Below are positions 27,926 through 38,691 of a stretch of 64,000 nucleotides of DNA, one piece after another. Below the pieces are notes generated by a model. That model did not search any database and was not told the origin of the DNA. It saw only the letters and a program-made list of their open reading frames with translations. Source of the DNA: an uncultured delta proteobacterium (lineage in GTDB: Bacteria > Desulfobacterota > Binatia > UBA9968); NCBI GenBank assembly GCA_963816145.1, contig CAWFJP010000017.1:96001-160000 (forward strand), read 5' to 3'. A program made the position numbers and the translations under genes. Every line of letters begins with the position of its first letter. Positions within the stretch are counted from its first letter, which is position 1.

Positions 27926-28038
27926 TGTCGCAAGTGTCATTCTGAGGCGAAGCCGAAGAATCTCCTCGTCGTGGCTGAAAACACCAGATCCCTCGCTGCG
28001 CTCGGGATGACAATGTGGAGCATTTGCCCGTTGCGACA
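27926..28038. repeat. REP-like palindromic element
   Basis: TGTCATTCTGAG...CGAAGAATCT...AGATCCCTCG...CTCGGGATGACA (27935-28012) nested in TGTCGCAA...TTGCGACA. Confidence 0.75.
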
Positions 28039-28502
28039 AGCTCCCTCAGCGACCAAGAGCACCCTAAGATTTTCGTTGTCGCGGTGATTCCAACTTCGAC
28101 CTGTTGAAATTCGTGTGTTAACTTCTGCACGCCGATTACAGCGAACCCGCGGCGATCGCGTTTCATTCTGGAGAAAAGCAGATGGCACAGTTGTCGGTGA
28201 TGATCGCATTTATAGCGTTGCCATTAACGGTTTACGGTTAGAGCAAGCCAACGTGTTTCTTCTTCATATCTCAATCAAGCTTAGGATGACGTTGATTTTA
28301 TCTCCAGGAAGACTTGGATTTAGCGCGCAAGCATAACCTAAATACACTAGGGCTTGATGATCCCGTTAAATTCGCGCGGTAATTCAAGCCGGACTGGGCG
28401 AAGATATATGTATTTCGTGAGTATCGGAAAGAACTCCTAAGAAATTCGTCGCTTCACTCTCGGTTGTCTTGCCTCGGAGAGCTGTTAAGATTATCCGGCT
28501 CC

Positions 28503-29876
28503 ATGTACCAGGAAGACACCATAGCCGCGATCGCCACGCCGCCAGGTGAGGGTGGTCTTGCCGTTGTCCGAGTCAGCGGCCCCGATGCGGAAAAAATCGC
28601 CCTAAGAATTTTTACCCGGCCGCAAAGCCGCAATGGGACACTCCGTTCGCACACCCTCTACCACGGGCGGATCACCGATCCCAAAGACGCGCAGCCGATC
28701 GATGAAGTGCTGCTGGCGATCATGCGCAAGCCGCGCAGCTACACTGGCGAGGATATTGTCGAAGTACACTGTCATGGCGGCAATTTCCTGGTCAGACAAA
28801 TCCTTGCGCTAATCCTTACTCAAGGTGCCCGGCAAGCGGAGCCGGGCGAATTCACCAAGCGGGCTTTTCTCAATGGCCGTGTCGACCTCGCCCAGGCGGA
28901 AGCGGTGCTCGACCTCATTCGCGCCAGGACTGCGAAGGGCGCGCAGCTCGCTCTAAATCAGGCCGGGGGCGAGTTATCTAAGTATGTTGGCGAGCTCCGC
29001 GAGGAGCTGCTCGATATCCTAGTGCAGGTCGAGGCGGCGATCGATTTCCCGGAGGAAGAAATCGAGCTGTTGCAACGCCACCATCTGATTCAAACAGTCA
29101 GCGTCTTGGTTAAGAAAATAAGCGATATTTCAAATAGTTATGAATGGGGCAGATTGTTTCGCGAAGGTGCTAAAGTATGCATTTGCGGCCGTCCCAATGT
29201 CGGCAAGTCGAGTTTGTTGAACGCATTGCTTGGCAGCGACAGAGTTATCGTCACGCCAATTCCCGGCACCACCAGGGATGTGATCGAAGAGTCGCTGACG
29301 TTGAACGGTCTGCCAATTGTAATCTGGGATACCGCTGGGATAAGAGAATCGCAAGACCAAGTCGAGCAGTTGGGCATAGAGCTTTCGCGTCAACATTTGG
29401 AAAAAGCGGACGCTTTGATCGTCGTGATCGACGGGTCTGTAGAATTGACTCCAGAGGATCGGGCGCTATTGAATATCGCCATATCCAAAAAAACTGTTAT
29501 TGCGGTAAATAAAATTGATTTGCCATTGGTTGTCGACCTACAATCGCTCGCCCTGGACCAAGAGGCTCGAATCTTAACGACCTCGGCGCGGTCCGGAATT
29601 GGGATCGATTCGCTTAAAAAAACCTTGCGTGAACTCATCCTCGGTTGCATGCTCGAGCCATCGATAACGATAACTAACTTACGCCATCGTAGCGAGCTTG
29701 TGCGGAGCGCCAACGGGCTGACACGAGCCGTTGAAACCCTAAGCCAAGGACTGCCGCCTGAGTTGGCGGCGATTGATCTGAACGACGCCCGCGAAGCCCT
29801 TGAAGAAATTATTGGCGTAGTTAGCAACGATCATATTTTAGAACGGATTTTTATGCAATTTTGTATTGGTAAATAA
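28503..29876 (+). CDS. mnmE: tRNA modification GTPase MnmE
   Basis: DTIAAIATP, PGEFTKRAFLNG, GRPNVGKSS, GTTRD, DTAG, C-terminal FCIGK. Confidence 0.97.
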   Translation: MYQEDTIAAIATPPGEGGLAVVRVSGPDAEKIALRIFTRPQSRNGTLRSHTLYHGRITDPKDAQPIDEVLLAIMRKPRSYTGEDIVEVHCHGGNFLVRQILALILTQGARQAEPGEFTKRAFLNGRVDLAQAEAVLDLIRARTAKGAQLALNQAGGELSKYVGELREELLDILVQVEAAIDFPEEEIELLQRHHLIQTVSVLVKKISDISNSYEWGRLFREGAKVCICGRPNVGKSSLLNALLGSDRVIVTPIPGTTRDVIEESLTLNGLPIVIWDTAGIRESQDQVEQLGIELSRQHLEKADALIVVIDGSVELTPEDRALLNIAISKKTVIAVNKIDLPLVVDLQSLALDQEARILTTSARSGIGIDSLKKTLRELILGCMLEPSITITNLRHRSELVRSANGLTRAVETLSQGLPPELAAIDLNDAREALEEIIGVVSNDHILERIFMQFCIGK

Positions 29877-29923
29877 AGGGCTAATTATTTTTATTACTGA
29901 TAAAATTATGGTTAATTCGATTC

Positions 29924-29939
29924 TGTTTCACGTGAAACC
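29924..29939. promoter_or_regulatory. parS site
   Basis: TGTTTCACGTGAAACC, 15/16 to TGTTTCACGTGAAACA; abuts the mnmG ATG. Confidence 0.9.
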
Positions 29940-31814
29940 ATGAATTATAATTTAACATTCGAGGTAATTGTTGTAGGTGCCGGACATGCGGGAATTGAGG
30001 CTTGCTTGGCAGCAGCTCGGATGGGCTGCAACACCCTAATGATGACCCTCAATCTCGATCACATCGGCCAAATGTCATGTAACCCGGCAATTGGCGGAAT
30101 TGGCAAAGGTCACCTGGTTAAGGAAATCGACGCGCTAGGTGGCGAGATGGCAAGAGCGATTGATGAGACTGGTATCCAGTTCCGCATTCTCAACACCAAG
30201 AAGGGACCGGCGGTGCGCGCATCGAGGGCTCAAGCTGACAAGGCGCTCTATCGAATGCGCATGAAGAGAGTGCTTGAGAACTGCCCGGGACTGACGCTTA
30301 GACAAGCGAGCGTCGAGGCGCTGATTGTCGAGAATGGCGAGATCAAAGGAGTCGAGACCCAAATTGGCGAACGGTTTTATGGCCGGAAGGTGATTCTGAC
30401 AACCGGCACATTTCTCAAAGGGCTAATCCACATTGGCGATCGGAATTATTCGGCAGGGCGCGCTGGCGATTTTGCCGTCCATGGGCTAAGCGAGTCTTTG
30501 ACCAACCTTGGATTCAAGGTTGGCCGGCTAAAGACGGGCACCTGTCCACGTCTTGATAGCAGAACCATCGATTATTCCGAGCTAGCGGTTCAAGACGGCG
30601 ATCAACCGCCCCAACCATTCTCATTTTCGAGCGTTGGCGTAGTTCAACGCCAGGTTCCTTGCCACATCACTTACACCAACCCGCGCACCCATGAGATCAT
30701 CCGCAGCGCAATGCACCGCTCGCCGATGTATTCGGGCGTAATCAAGAGCCGCGGTCCGCGGTATTGCCCCTCTATTGAAGATAAGATCCATCGCTTCGCA
30801 GACAAGGATAGGCACCAAATTTTTCTCGAACCGGAAGGTTTGGACACGGTGGAGGTCTATCCAAACGGTCTTTCTACGAGCTTGCCCTTGGACGTCCAAG
30901 TCGAAATGGTCCATTCAATCAAAGGCCTTGAGCAGGCAGAAATCATGCGTCACGGCTATGCCATAGAGTATGATTACTTTGAACCCACACAACTTTATCC
31001 CAGTTTGGAAACTAAACTAGTTAAGGGGCTCTACCATGCCGGTCAGATCAATGGCACGACTGGCTACGAAGAAGCCGCTGCTCAGGGGATTATGGCTGGG
31101 ATCAACGCCGTACTAAGTCTGCGTGGCGAGGAACCTTTAGTCTTCTCGCGCGACCAAGCTTACATTGGAGTCCTAATCGACGACCTGGTCACGAAGGGCA
31201 CCGACAGCGAGCCTTATCGAATGTTTACTTCGCGCGCAGAGTATCGGCTATTATTGCGTGAGGACAACGCCGACTTACGGCTTAGCGAAGCCGGCCATAA
31301 GATCGGATTGACGAGGGAATCCGAATACCACCGGTTCCTAGAGAAAAAATCAGCCATCAATGATTTAGTTGGTTACCTGGAGGGTAGTCAATTAATTCCA
31401 GATAGCCAAACCAACTCACGACTTGAGGCTATTGGCAAAATGCCGCTAAAAAATTCCACTAAATTGAGTCAATTATTACGTAGACCAGAAATTTCCCTTT
31501 CAGATATACGAGTTATATTTCCTGAGATTGTAAAGTATTCACGCGACGTAGACTCACAGGTGGAAGTGCAAATCAAATATCAGGGTTATGTTAACCGCCA
31601 GAATGATATCGTCGAAAGATTTCAGAAAATGGAATATGTTAGGCTTCCGGATGACATCGACTATACACAGATCAGCGGCATATCCCGGGAAGTCTGTGAG
31701 AAGTTGATTCGAATCAAACCTCGCTCACTTGGCCAAGCTTCAAGAATTTCCGGCATTACGCCGGCCGCGCTTACATTGCTGTCGTTTTATCTAAAAAAGC
31801 AAAGGAGCGCATAA
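29940..31814 (+). CDS. mnmG: tRNA uridine-5-carboxymethylaminomethyl synthesis enzyme MnmG (GidA)
   Basis: GAGHAG, MSCNPAIGG, GPRYCPSIEDK, AGQINGTTGYEEAAAQG, YRMFTSRAEYRL. Confidence 0.98.
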   Translation: MNYNLTFEVIVVGAGHAGIEACLAAARMGCNTLMMTLNLDHIGQMSCNPAIGGIGKGHLVKEIDALGGEMARAIDETGIQFRILNTKKGPAVRASRAQADKALYRMRMKRVLENCPGLTLRQASVEALIVENGEIKGVETQIGERFYGRKVILTTGTFLKGLIHIGDRNYSAGRAGDFAVHGLSESLTNLGFKVGRLKTGTCPRLDSRTIDYSELAVQDGDQPPQPFSFSSVGVVQRQVPCHITYTNPRTHEIIRSAMHRSPMYSGVIKSRGPRYCPSIEDKIHRFADKDRHQIFLEPEGLDTVEVYPNGLSTSLPLDVQVEMVHSIKGLEQAEIMRHGYAIEYDYFEPTQLYPSLETKLVKGLYHAGQINGTTGYEEAAAQGIMAGINAVLSLRGEEPLVFSRDQAYIGVLIDDLVTKGTDSEPYRMFTSRAEYRLLLREDNADLRLSEAGHKIGLTRESEYHRFLEKKSAINDLVGYLEGSQLIPDSQTNSRLEAIGKMPLKNSTKLSQLLRRPEISLSDIRVIFPEIVKYSRDVDSQVEVQIKYQGYVNRQNDIVERFQKMEYVRLPDDIDYTQISGISREVCEKLIRIKPRSLGQASRISGITPAALTLLSFYLKKQRSA

Positions 31815-31945
31815 ATCCATGCGTCAATTTACCCTACTGAAATCGTACTGGCCGGAATTCTTTCAACTCCAGTCAATTGAGATCGGTTAGAAGCGCCATC
31901 TCAAAATTCGACCGTTTGTTCGCCAAGCCCCATATCAGGTGACTT

Positions 31946-31961
31946 TGTTTCACGTGAAACG
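31946..31961. promoter_or_regulatory. parS site
   Basis: TGTTTCACGTGAAACG, 15/16 match, upstream of parA. Confidence 0.9.
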
Positions 31962-32024
31962 GGAAATAATTCTTTTAATTGCAAAATCTTTGTGATATTA
32001 GTTATTGTAATTCCAAATCGTATA

Positions 32025-32037
32025 TAAGTTATTGATA
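32025..32037 (-). promoter_or_regulatory. IHF-consensus site upstream of parA
   Basis: Reverse strand TATCAATAACTTA = WATCAANNNNTTR in an AT-rich spacer. Confidence 0.5.
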
Positions 32038-32051
32038 TTTAAGAGAATTTT

Positions 32052-32846
32052 GTGAGCAAGATAATAGCCATAGCAAACCAGAAGGGCGGCGTAGGCAAGA
32101 CTACGACGACGATAAATTTGGCAGCTTGCTTGGCGCTCGCATCAAAACGCACGTTATTGGTCGACATCGACCCACAGGGAAATAGCACTACAGGGCTTGG
32201 GATCGACCGAGGACAAGTAACCGCTAGCTTGTATCATGTCTTGGATGGAACGCGATTCGTCGGTGAGGTGCTTTGTCAGACCGAGATTCCGGAACTACTG
32301 CTCATTCCCGCAACAAAGGATCTGGTCGGGGCCGAGGTTGAGCTTGTCAGCGTTGAACGCCGCGAGTATCGCCTCAAAGATGCGCTCGCCTCGGTGGTCG
32401 CCCATTACGATTACGTATTGCTCGATTGCCCACCATCCCTTGGTTTACTCACCCTCAATGCATTGACGGCAGCAGACTCACTGCTGATTCCGATTCAGAG
32501 CGAGTATTACGCGCTCGAAGGTTTGAGCGCGATCCTGGAAACCATGAACCTGGTTCAAAAAGCTTTGAATCCGGCGCTGCACTTGGAGGGAATCGTCATC
32601 ACCATGTTCGATAGCCGAAACCGGCTATCACATCAGGTTCTGGAAGAAATTCGCTCCCACTTTCCCGACAAACTGTTTAGCACCATCGTCCGTCGCAATG
32701 TTAGGCTTAGCGAAAGCCCCAGCTACGGGAAACCGATCTGCATATACGATCCGACCTCGACTGGAGCACTGGACTACCAAGATTTAGCAAAGGAGTTGAT
32801 CAATCGTGGAGAACACGATGCCAATGCAGAAAAAGGGCTTGGGTAG
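32052..32846 (+). CDS. parA: Chromosome partitioning ATPase ParA/Soj
   Basis: NQKGGVGKTT, DIDPQGN, DCPPSLG, EYYALEG, LSESPSYG. Confidence 0.96.
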   Translation: MSKIIAIANQKGGVGKTTTTINLAACLALASKRTLLVDIDPQGNSTTGLGIDRGQVTASLYHVLDGTRFVGEVLCQTEIPELLLIPATKDLVGAEVELVSVERREYRLKDALASVVAHYDYVLLDCPPSLGLLTLNALTAADSLLIPIQSEYYALEGLSAILETMNLVQKALNPALHLEGIVITMFDSRNRLSHQVLEEIRSHFPDKLFSTIVRRNVRLSESPSYGKPICIYDPTSTGALDYQDLAKELINRGEHDANAEKGLG

Positions 32847-33702
32847 AGGACTCAGCGCGCTTATTCCCGCTGTAGCGGAAGCCAAAAGCGAACCGTTACA
32901 AGAGAATTCGCCCAAACAAGTTGCCGTTGACCGGATTACCGCCAGTCCGTTTCAGCCAAGACGCAGTTTCGACGACGCCAAGATCGACGAACTGGCGTCG
33001 TCGATTCGCAATCAAGGCATAATCCAACCGCTGATAGTTCGTCCCAAGAATGACGGTTTCGAGCTAATTGCCGGAGAACGGCGTTGGCGTGCCGCTATGC
33101 GCGCTGGCTTCAGCCAAGTGCCCGTCGTGGTCCGCGATGCGAGCGACCACGAGGCGATGCAAATCGCTCTGGTGGAAAATCTCCAGCGCGAAGATCTCAA
33201 CTCAATCGAGGAGGCGAACGGCTATCGCCGCTTACAGGAGGAATTCCATTGGAGTCAGGAAGAGATGGCCGAAAAGGTCGGCAAGAGCCGTCCGGCTATC
33301 GCCAACTCGCTGCGCCTCCTCACCTTGCCAAGCGAAGTCCAGCAAGAAGTAGCCGCGGGTAATTTGCCGGCCGGACAAGCGCGCGCCTTGCTCGGCTTGC
33401 ACACGGAACCTTTGATCATTTCAGCATGTCGAGAAGTCATTGCCAAAGGCTTGTCGACACGTGAAACGGAAAAAATGGTGCGCACGCTTTTGGTCGGACG
33501 TAGACGTCGAAGACAGGCGCCACTGCTCGATCCTGACCTCAAATCGGTTGTCGAAGAATTACAACGTACTTTGGGAACCCGCGTGCGCCTTCTGCCCAAA
33601 GCACGAACCGCCAAAGGCAAGCTTGAGATCGAGTATTATTCCGCAGCGGATCTCGAACGCATCGTCGAAACCATCACTAAAAAATGGATCGTCTCAGCAT
33701 AG
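32818..33702 (+). CDS. parB: Chromosome partitioning protein ParB/Spo0J
   Basis: GLGRGL, QPR, IAGERRWRA, ENLQREDL, HTH GKSRPAIANSLRLL. Confidence 0.96.
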   Translation: MPMQKKGLGRGLSALIPAVAEAKSEPLQENSPKQVAVDRITASPFQPRRSFDDAKIDELASSIRNQGIIQPLIVRPKNDGFELIAGERRWRAAMRAGFSQVPVVVRDASDHEAMQIALVENLQREDLNSIEEANGYRRLQEEFHWSQEEMAEKVGKSRPAIANSLRLLTLPSEVQQEVAAGNLPAGQARALLGLHTEPLIISACREVIAKGLSTRETEKMVRTLLVGRRRRRQAPLLDPDLKSVVEELQRTLGTRVRLLPKARTAKGKLEIEYYSAADLERIVETITKKWIVSA

Positions 33703-33776
33703 TTCCAAACTCGCCATGCTCCAATTGCGAATGATGAAACTTGACGATTCGCTGAACCACGTCAAATGACCAACCG

Positions 33777-35834
33777 TTAACTTTCGATCAGCGGCCTTAA
33801 TTCATCCCAGCTCGTCGCTGGCGCTGAGCAAGTATAATTTTGGCAAACATACACGGTGGGATTGCCGCCGACTTGTGACTTACCGCGCAACAACGGTGAT
33901 CGGTTCTCCAACGGTTCACTTGGGGAGGCGAGCTGAATGGTCATATTCGGTTGGTAGACGGAATGAATTTTCATCAGCAATTCGTCGACTCTAGGTTCAC
34001 CGCGTTCACCGACAACCACGACTTCTTTCGCTTTCTCCAGATAAAAATCCAGCGCGCAGAGCAAATGCGCAAAACCGAACGGCTGACTCTCCATCGCGTC
34101 ATAGTATGAGCGCAATACTCTCTCCGCGTGCTGATTATATCGATCATCACCGGTCATATGGTACAAACGCAGCAAAAGCTGCGTCGCCATGGCGTTACCC
34201 GAAGGAATCGAGGCATCGAAGATCGGTTTGGCCCGGCTGATCAATTTCTCGTGTGAAACACCGGTGGAGAAAAATCCACCACCTTTTTCGTCCCAAAAAT
34301 CCCGCAGCATAATCCCGCCAAGCGCAATGGCGCGTTCCAGCGCGGAAGCATCGAAAAGCGCTTCGTACATATCGAGCAAACCGATGGCCGTGAACGCATA
34401 ATCGTCAAGAAAACCCAGCAGCTTCGCTTGGCCGTCTTTGTAGCTGTGCAAGAGAAGTCCATCGCGAAAACATTTTGCAAAGATGAAATCGATGGTACGC
34501 TTTGCCGCATCTATAAATAACGGCTGGGGCGAAATCTTGATCGCCTCGGCCAAGCCGGAAAGCATCAGGCCGTTCCATGCAGTGATGATTTTCTCATCGC
34601 GAAACGGCTTGATGCGTTTTTCTCTCTCGCCGAACAGTTTTTGCTTTGCCTTAGCGATGATCCGTTCGATTTCACTCGACTTCTTGCGGAAGTACTTACT
34701 CGCCTGATCGAGTGTCAGGATCGGATGCAAAATATTCTTGTCTTCGAAGTTGCCGGCCTCGCTCACGTCGTAAATCCGGCAGAAGATCGCGCCGTCGTCC
34801 TCACCAAGGATTCCCATCACCTCACCTTCGGTCCAAACAAAGAACTTTCCTTCTTCGCCTTCGCTATCAGCGTCTTGGGTGGAGTAAAACCCGCCTTCTG
34901 GCTGAAGCATCTCGCGCAGTAAATAAGTTAAACTTTCATCGACTACCGATTTGAACAACGGCTCCCCAGTAATCTTGTAGGCGTGAGCGTAGATGCGCAC
35001 AAGCTGCGCGTTGTCGTAGAGCATTTTTTCAAAATGCGGCACCAGCCATTTGGCATCTACGGAGTAGCGATGGAAGCCGCCGCCAAGATGATCATAGATC
35101 CCACCGCAAGCCATCTTAGTCAGCGTATGCGTTACCATTTCCAAATATCGCGCACTCTTAGAGCGATGGTAGTGACGCAAAAACAATTCGTAGACTCCGG
35201 CATTGGGAAACTTTGGTGCCTGGCCCAGACCGCCATTATCCACATCATAAGCCTGGGCAACTTTCGCCGCGCCTTCGGCAATGATCGTCTTCGAAAACAC
35301 CTGACCGGTTTCCGCAGATTCCGACATGCGCTGCAGGGCATTGAGAATCTGCGTCACGCTCTTCTCAACGTCCGCCGGACGCTCGCGATACGCCTGATTC
35401 ACTCCCTTGAGAATGCGCGGGAAACCCGGCATGCCACCGCGGTCCTCCGGTGGAAAATAAGTACCACCGTAAAATGGCTTTCTGTCCGGCGTGAGAAACA
35501 CGGTCATCGGCCAGCCGCCGCGCCCGGTGAGCATTTGCACTGCGCTCATATAGATCTCATCGAGGTCCGGGCGCTCTTCGCGGTCAACTTTGATATTGAC
35601 GAATAACTCGTTCATCAAGCGCGCAATCGCTTCGTTCTCAAATGACTCGCGCTCCATGACATGACACCAGTGGCAGGCCGAATAGCCGATACTCAGAAGG
35701 ATCGGTTTGTCTTCCGCCTTAGCTTTCTCGAATGCGTCCTCGCCCCAGGCATACCAGTCGACCGGATTATGCGCGTGTTGCAGCAAATAGGGACTAGTCT
35801 CGTGAATCAACCGATTGGTATGTTTGTGTTCCAT
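33777..35834 (-). CDS. Thioredoxin-domain protein, YyaL/DUF255 (SPATA20-like) family
   Basis: [40 protein letters not shown]. Confidence 0.93.
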   Translation of the reverse strand: MEHKHTNRLIHETSPYLLQHAHNPVDWYAWGEDAFEKAKAEDKPILLSIGYSACHWCHVMERESFENEAIARLMNELFVNIKVDREERPDLDEIYMSAVQMLTGRGGWPMTVFLTPDRKPFYGGTYFPPEDRGGMPGFPRILKGVNQAYRERPADVEKSVTQILNALQRMSESAETGQVFSKTIIAEGAAKVAQAYDVDNGGLGQAPKFPNAGVYELFLRHYHRSKSARYLEMVTHTLTKMACGGIYDHLGGGFHRYSVDAKWLVPHFEKMLYDNAQLVRIYAHAYKITGEPLFKSVVDESLTYLLREMLQPEGGFYSTQDADSEGEEGKFFVWTEGEVMGILGEDDGAIFCRIYDVSEAGNFEDKNILHPILTLDQASKYFRKKSSEIERIIAKAKQKLFGEREKRIKPFRDEKIITAWNGLMLSGLAEAIKISPQPLFIDAAKRTIDFIFAKCFRDGLLLHSYKDGQAKLLGFLDDYAFTAIGLLDMYEALFDASALERAIALGGIMLRDFWDEKGGGFFSTGVSHEKLISRAKPIFDASIPSGNAMATQLLLRLYHMTGDDRYNQHAERVLRSYYDAMESQPFGFAHLLCALDFYLEKAKEVVVVGERGEPRVDELLMKIHSVYQPNMTIQLASPSEPLENRSPLLRGKSQVGGNPTVYVCQNYTCSAPATSWDELRPLIES

Positions 35835-35846
35835 CGAATAAAGCGT

Positions 35847-36050
35847 TCAGCGCACTTTCAGATCGAAAGCCACCGGGCCCTTATCGCCTTTGCGCGATTG
35901 AAACTGCACGGTATCACCCTCATTCAAGTCTTCAATCTGCCCGCGCGGCGCCAAACTTCCGCGGTGAAAAAACACATCCTCGCTGCCGTCATCCGGTTTA
36001 ATGAAACCAAAACCCTTTTGTCGCATGATCTTTTTGATCGTACCGGTCAT
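35847..36050 (-). CDS. Cold-shock domain protein
   Basis: KGFGFI (RNP1), VFFH (RNP2), KGPVA; AGGAGAG RBS. Confidence 0.92.
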   Translation of the reverse strand: MTGTIKKIMRQKGFGFIKPDDGSEDVFFHRGSLAPRGQIEDLNEGDTVQFQSRKGDKGPVAFDLKVR

Positions 36051-36153
36051 CGTCGGAACTCTCCTCTCTTGATTTGCCATCCAGCGCGCAAACTTGACAA
36101 GACCAACCACTCTCCATAGCCTACGTGATAAAATTCATATAACCAAAACAACC

Positions 36154-37239
36154 TTGAGTTCAATTCTCTATTACATAACCGGCCACGGCTTCGGCCATGC
36201 GGTGCGCGCGCAACAAGTGGTGCGCTCTCTGACGGCAATCCGGCCTAGCCTGCGCATTTACATCCGAACCACTGCGCCGGAATGGATTTTTCATAACTCA
36301 TCGAGGGCGGTCCGCTATTCTCATCAAGCGATCGATGCCGGCCTCGTCCAAGCCGATAGCCTGCACATGGACCTGGCCGAAACCCTCGCCGCCTGCCGTG
36401 CAATCTACGCCAGCCCGCAGCAGCTCATCGATCAGGAGCTGGCATACCTTAAGGCCAAAGAGATCGATCTCGTTATCGGCGACACACCGCCGTTGGCTTT
36501 TGAGATCGCCGCCCAAGCCGCTGTTCCCTCAGTGGCCATAGCCAACTTCACTTGGGATGTGATCTATCGCGCCTATTTAGCAACACATCCGGAGTTCGCG
36601 CCTTTACTCGATAGCATGACTCAATGCTACGGCAAAGCTACCGTCGCACTCACCCTGCCATATCCTTGCGACACCGCCATGTTTCCGCGCCAACAGCCGA
36701 TCCCCTGGATCACGCGAACCTCGGCTTTAACCAAGGAACAGGCGCGCAAAGCTTTCGCTTTACCGCCGAAGGCAACCATCGTCCTGATGAGCTTCGGTGG
36801 CTTGGGTCTCGAACGTTTGCCGTGGGAGCAACTCGCGCAGCAGCAGGACTATCTATATGTCACCACCAGTATAGCACGCGAACAAGAGGGTAATCTCCTT
36901 ACCTTGCCTGCAAGCCATACGCACTACGTAGACCTGTTGCGTGCGGTCGACGCCATCGTCACCAAGCCCGGCTATGGCATTGTCGCCGATGTCCTGGCGC
37001 ATCGAGTCCCGATCCTGTACACCGACCGCGGCGACTTTGCCGAATATCCGCGACTGGTGGCGGCCTTAAGCGACAGCGCCACGGCGGAATTTATTCCGCG
37101 GGCCGAACTTCTAGCGGGCAATCTACTGCCGTATCTCCGACGTCTGCTGTCCAAACCTCCGAACTGGCCCATCGTGGATTTGCACGGAGCCCAGGTCGCA
37201 GCCGAAACGATTCTCGCGATCCTAGATACACCGCGATGA
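36154..37239 (+). CDS. GT-B glycosyltransferase-like protein (resembles the N-terminal domain of L-arabinokinase)
   Basis: YYITGHGFGHAVR, NFTWD, SFGG, VTKPGYG, FAEY. Confidence 0.7.
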   Translation: MSSILYYITGHGFGHAVRAQQVVRSLTAIRPSLRIYIRTTAPEWIFHNSSRAVRYSHQAIDAGLVQADSLHMDLAETLAACRAIYASPQQLIDQELAYLKAKEIDLVIGDTPPLAFEIAAQAAVPSVAIANFTWDVIYRAYLATHPEFAPLLDSMTQCYGKATVALTLPYPCDTAMFPRQQPIPWITRTSALTKEQARKAFALPPKATIVLMSFGGLGLERLPWEQLAQQQDYLYVTTSIAREQEGNLLTLPASHTHYVDLLRAVDAIVTKPGYGIVADVLAHRVPILYTDRGDFAEYPRLVAALSDSATAEFIPRAELLAGNLLPYLRRLLSKPPNWPIVDLHGAQVAAETILAILDTPR

Positions 37240-37298
37240 CTTGCCGGACTTATGAGTTGACAGGCCAGCGTGATTCATCCAGACTCGAAAGTGACCCT

Positions 37299-38237
37299 AT
37301 GCCAATTGAAAAAGTGATTCTCGCCAAACCACGCGGCTTTTGTGCCGGCGTCGAAATGGCGATCGAGACCGTCGAGCGCGCCCTCAAGAAGCACGGTGCG
37401 CCGCTCTATGTGTTTCATGAGATCGTCCATAACCAATATGTCGTGAACGACTTCAAGCAAAAAGGCGTCGTGTTTGTAAACTCGATAGCCGAAGTGCCGC
37501 CACAATCCAATGTCATTTTCAGCGCCCACGGAGTGTCACCGGCAATCTGGCAGCAAGCCAAAGAAAAACACCTGCGATGGGCGATCGACGCCACCTGTCC
37601 GCTAGTCGACAAAGTCCACCGTGAAGTGCGCAAGTATGTCGCCCAAGGTTACTGGATAATCTTGGTTGGCCACCGTAATCACGATGAGATCGCCGGCACC
37701 AGCGGCGAGGCGCCAGAGCGTACATTGATAGTCGAGAACGTCAGCGAAGCCAGTGCAGTCATGCCGCCGACTACCGAGCAACTCGTCGTCCTCACCCAGA
37801 CGACCCTCAGCGTCGATGACACCCGAGAAGTCATCGAAGTACTCAAGCAACGGTTTCCTAAAATGATCACGCCAGCGAAAGAAGACATCTGTTATGCCAC
37901 GCAAAACCGTCAAGATGCGGTCAAGGAATTAACCAAGAAAGTGGACTTAGTCCTGGTCATCGGTTCGAAAAACAGTGAAAACTCCAATCAACTGGTAAAA
38001 GTCGCCCGTATTTTGGGTAAACCAGCATATCTAATCGACGATCACCGCGACATCGACGCGGAATGGCTGAAAGATGTTGCCACCGTTGGCATCACCTCCG
38101 GCGCCTCGGTGCCGGAACAGTTAGTTCAGGAATCCGTAGAGTTCTTTCAGCACCAAGGCGCGGCGGTGGAGCAAATAGGCTTAGTCGACGAGAACATCCA
38201 CTTCGCCCTACCCGGCGAAGTTACCGCCTTACAGTGA
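37299..38237 (+). CDS. ispH: 4-hydroxy-3-methylbut-2-enyl diphosphate reductase
   Basis: PRGFCAGV, IVHN, SAHG, DATCPLV, QTTLS, ICYATQNRQ. Confidence 0.97.
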   Translation: MPIEKVILAKPRGFCAGVEMAIETVERALKKHGAPLYVFHEIVHNQYVVNDFKQKGVVFVNSIAEVPPQSNVIFSAHGVSPAIWQQAKEKHLRWAIDATCPLVDKVHREVRKYVAQGYWIILVGHRNHDEIAGTSGEAPERTLIVENVSEASAVMPPTTEQLVVLTQTTLSVDDTREVIEVLKQRFPKMITPAKEDICYATQNRQDAVKELTKKVDLVLVIGSKNSENSNQLVKVARILGKPAYLIDDHRDIDAEWLKDVATVGITSGASVPEQLVQESVEFFQHQGAAVEQIGLVDENIHFALPGEVTALQ

Positions 38238-38280
38238 CCGAATAGCGACTATCGATTGCTGGCGAAACTCAGGAGGCCCT

Positions 38281-38673
38281 ATGGCGCGCATCGTCCACAT
38301 CGCAGTCAAGGTAGACGATCTTGAAAAGGCGACGGAATTTTACGAAAACACTTTTGGCTTTGTCGAAGTACAAACCGGCCAAGTCCGCGACCATACTTCG
38401 CGCCACTTAAGCGACGGCACCATCGACCTGGCGTTGATCAAATATGATAGCGAAGATTCGGCGGAATCCCGCGCCGCAGGCCTGGGACCCTGTATCCACC
38501 ACTTCGGCATCGAAGTCGACGACCTGAAAGTGTCGGCGGCGGAGCTAGCAAAATACGGCTGTGAAATTATCAGCGCCCCCGGCGTCATCCCGATTAAATT
38601 TCGCGCCCCCGGAGGCACCGTCGCCGAAATATCGCCTAAGGCGCGTTACAAGCAGGCAAAAAGCAACTCATAG
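38281..38673 (+). CDS. VOC/glyoxalase family protein
   Basis: HIAVKVDD, HHFGIEVDD, terminal E metal ligand. Confidence 0.85.
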   Translation: MARIVHIAVKVDDLEKATEFYENTFGFVEVQTGQVRDHTSRHLSDGTIDLALIKYDSEDSAESRAAGLGPCIHHFGIEVDDLKVSAAELAKYGCEIISAPGVIPIKFRAPGGTVAEISPKARYKQAKSNS

Positions 38674-38691
38674 AGAGAAGGAGCATCAACG

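Noticed and set aside
28182-28241. 19-aa hydrophobic ORF MAQLSVMIAFIALPLTVYG after GGAGA
   Set aside because: Too short to support without homology evidence.
33453-33468. Third parS inside parB (GTCGACACGTGAAACG)
   Set aside because: Only the right half matches; the left arm is not palindromic.
35236-35244. DnaA box TTATCCACA / oriC
   Set aside because: Single copy within a CDS, with no cluster or unwinding element.
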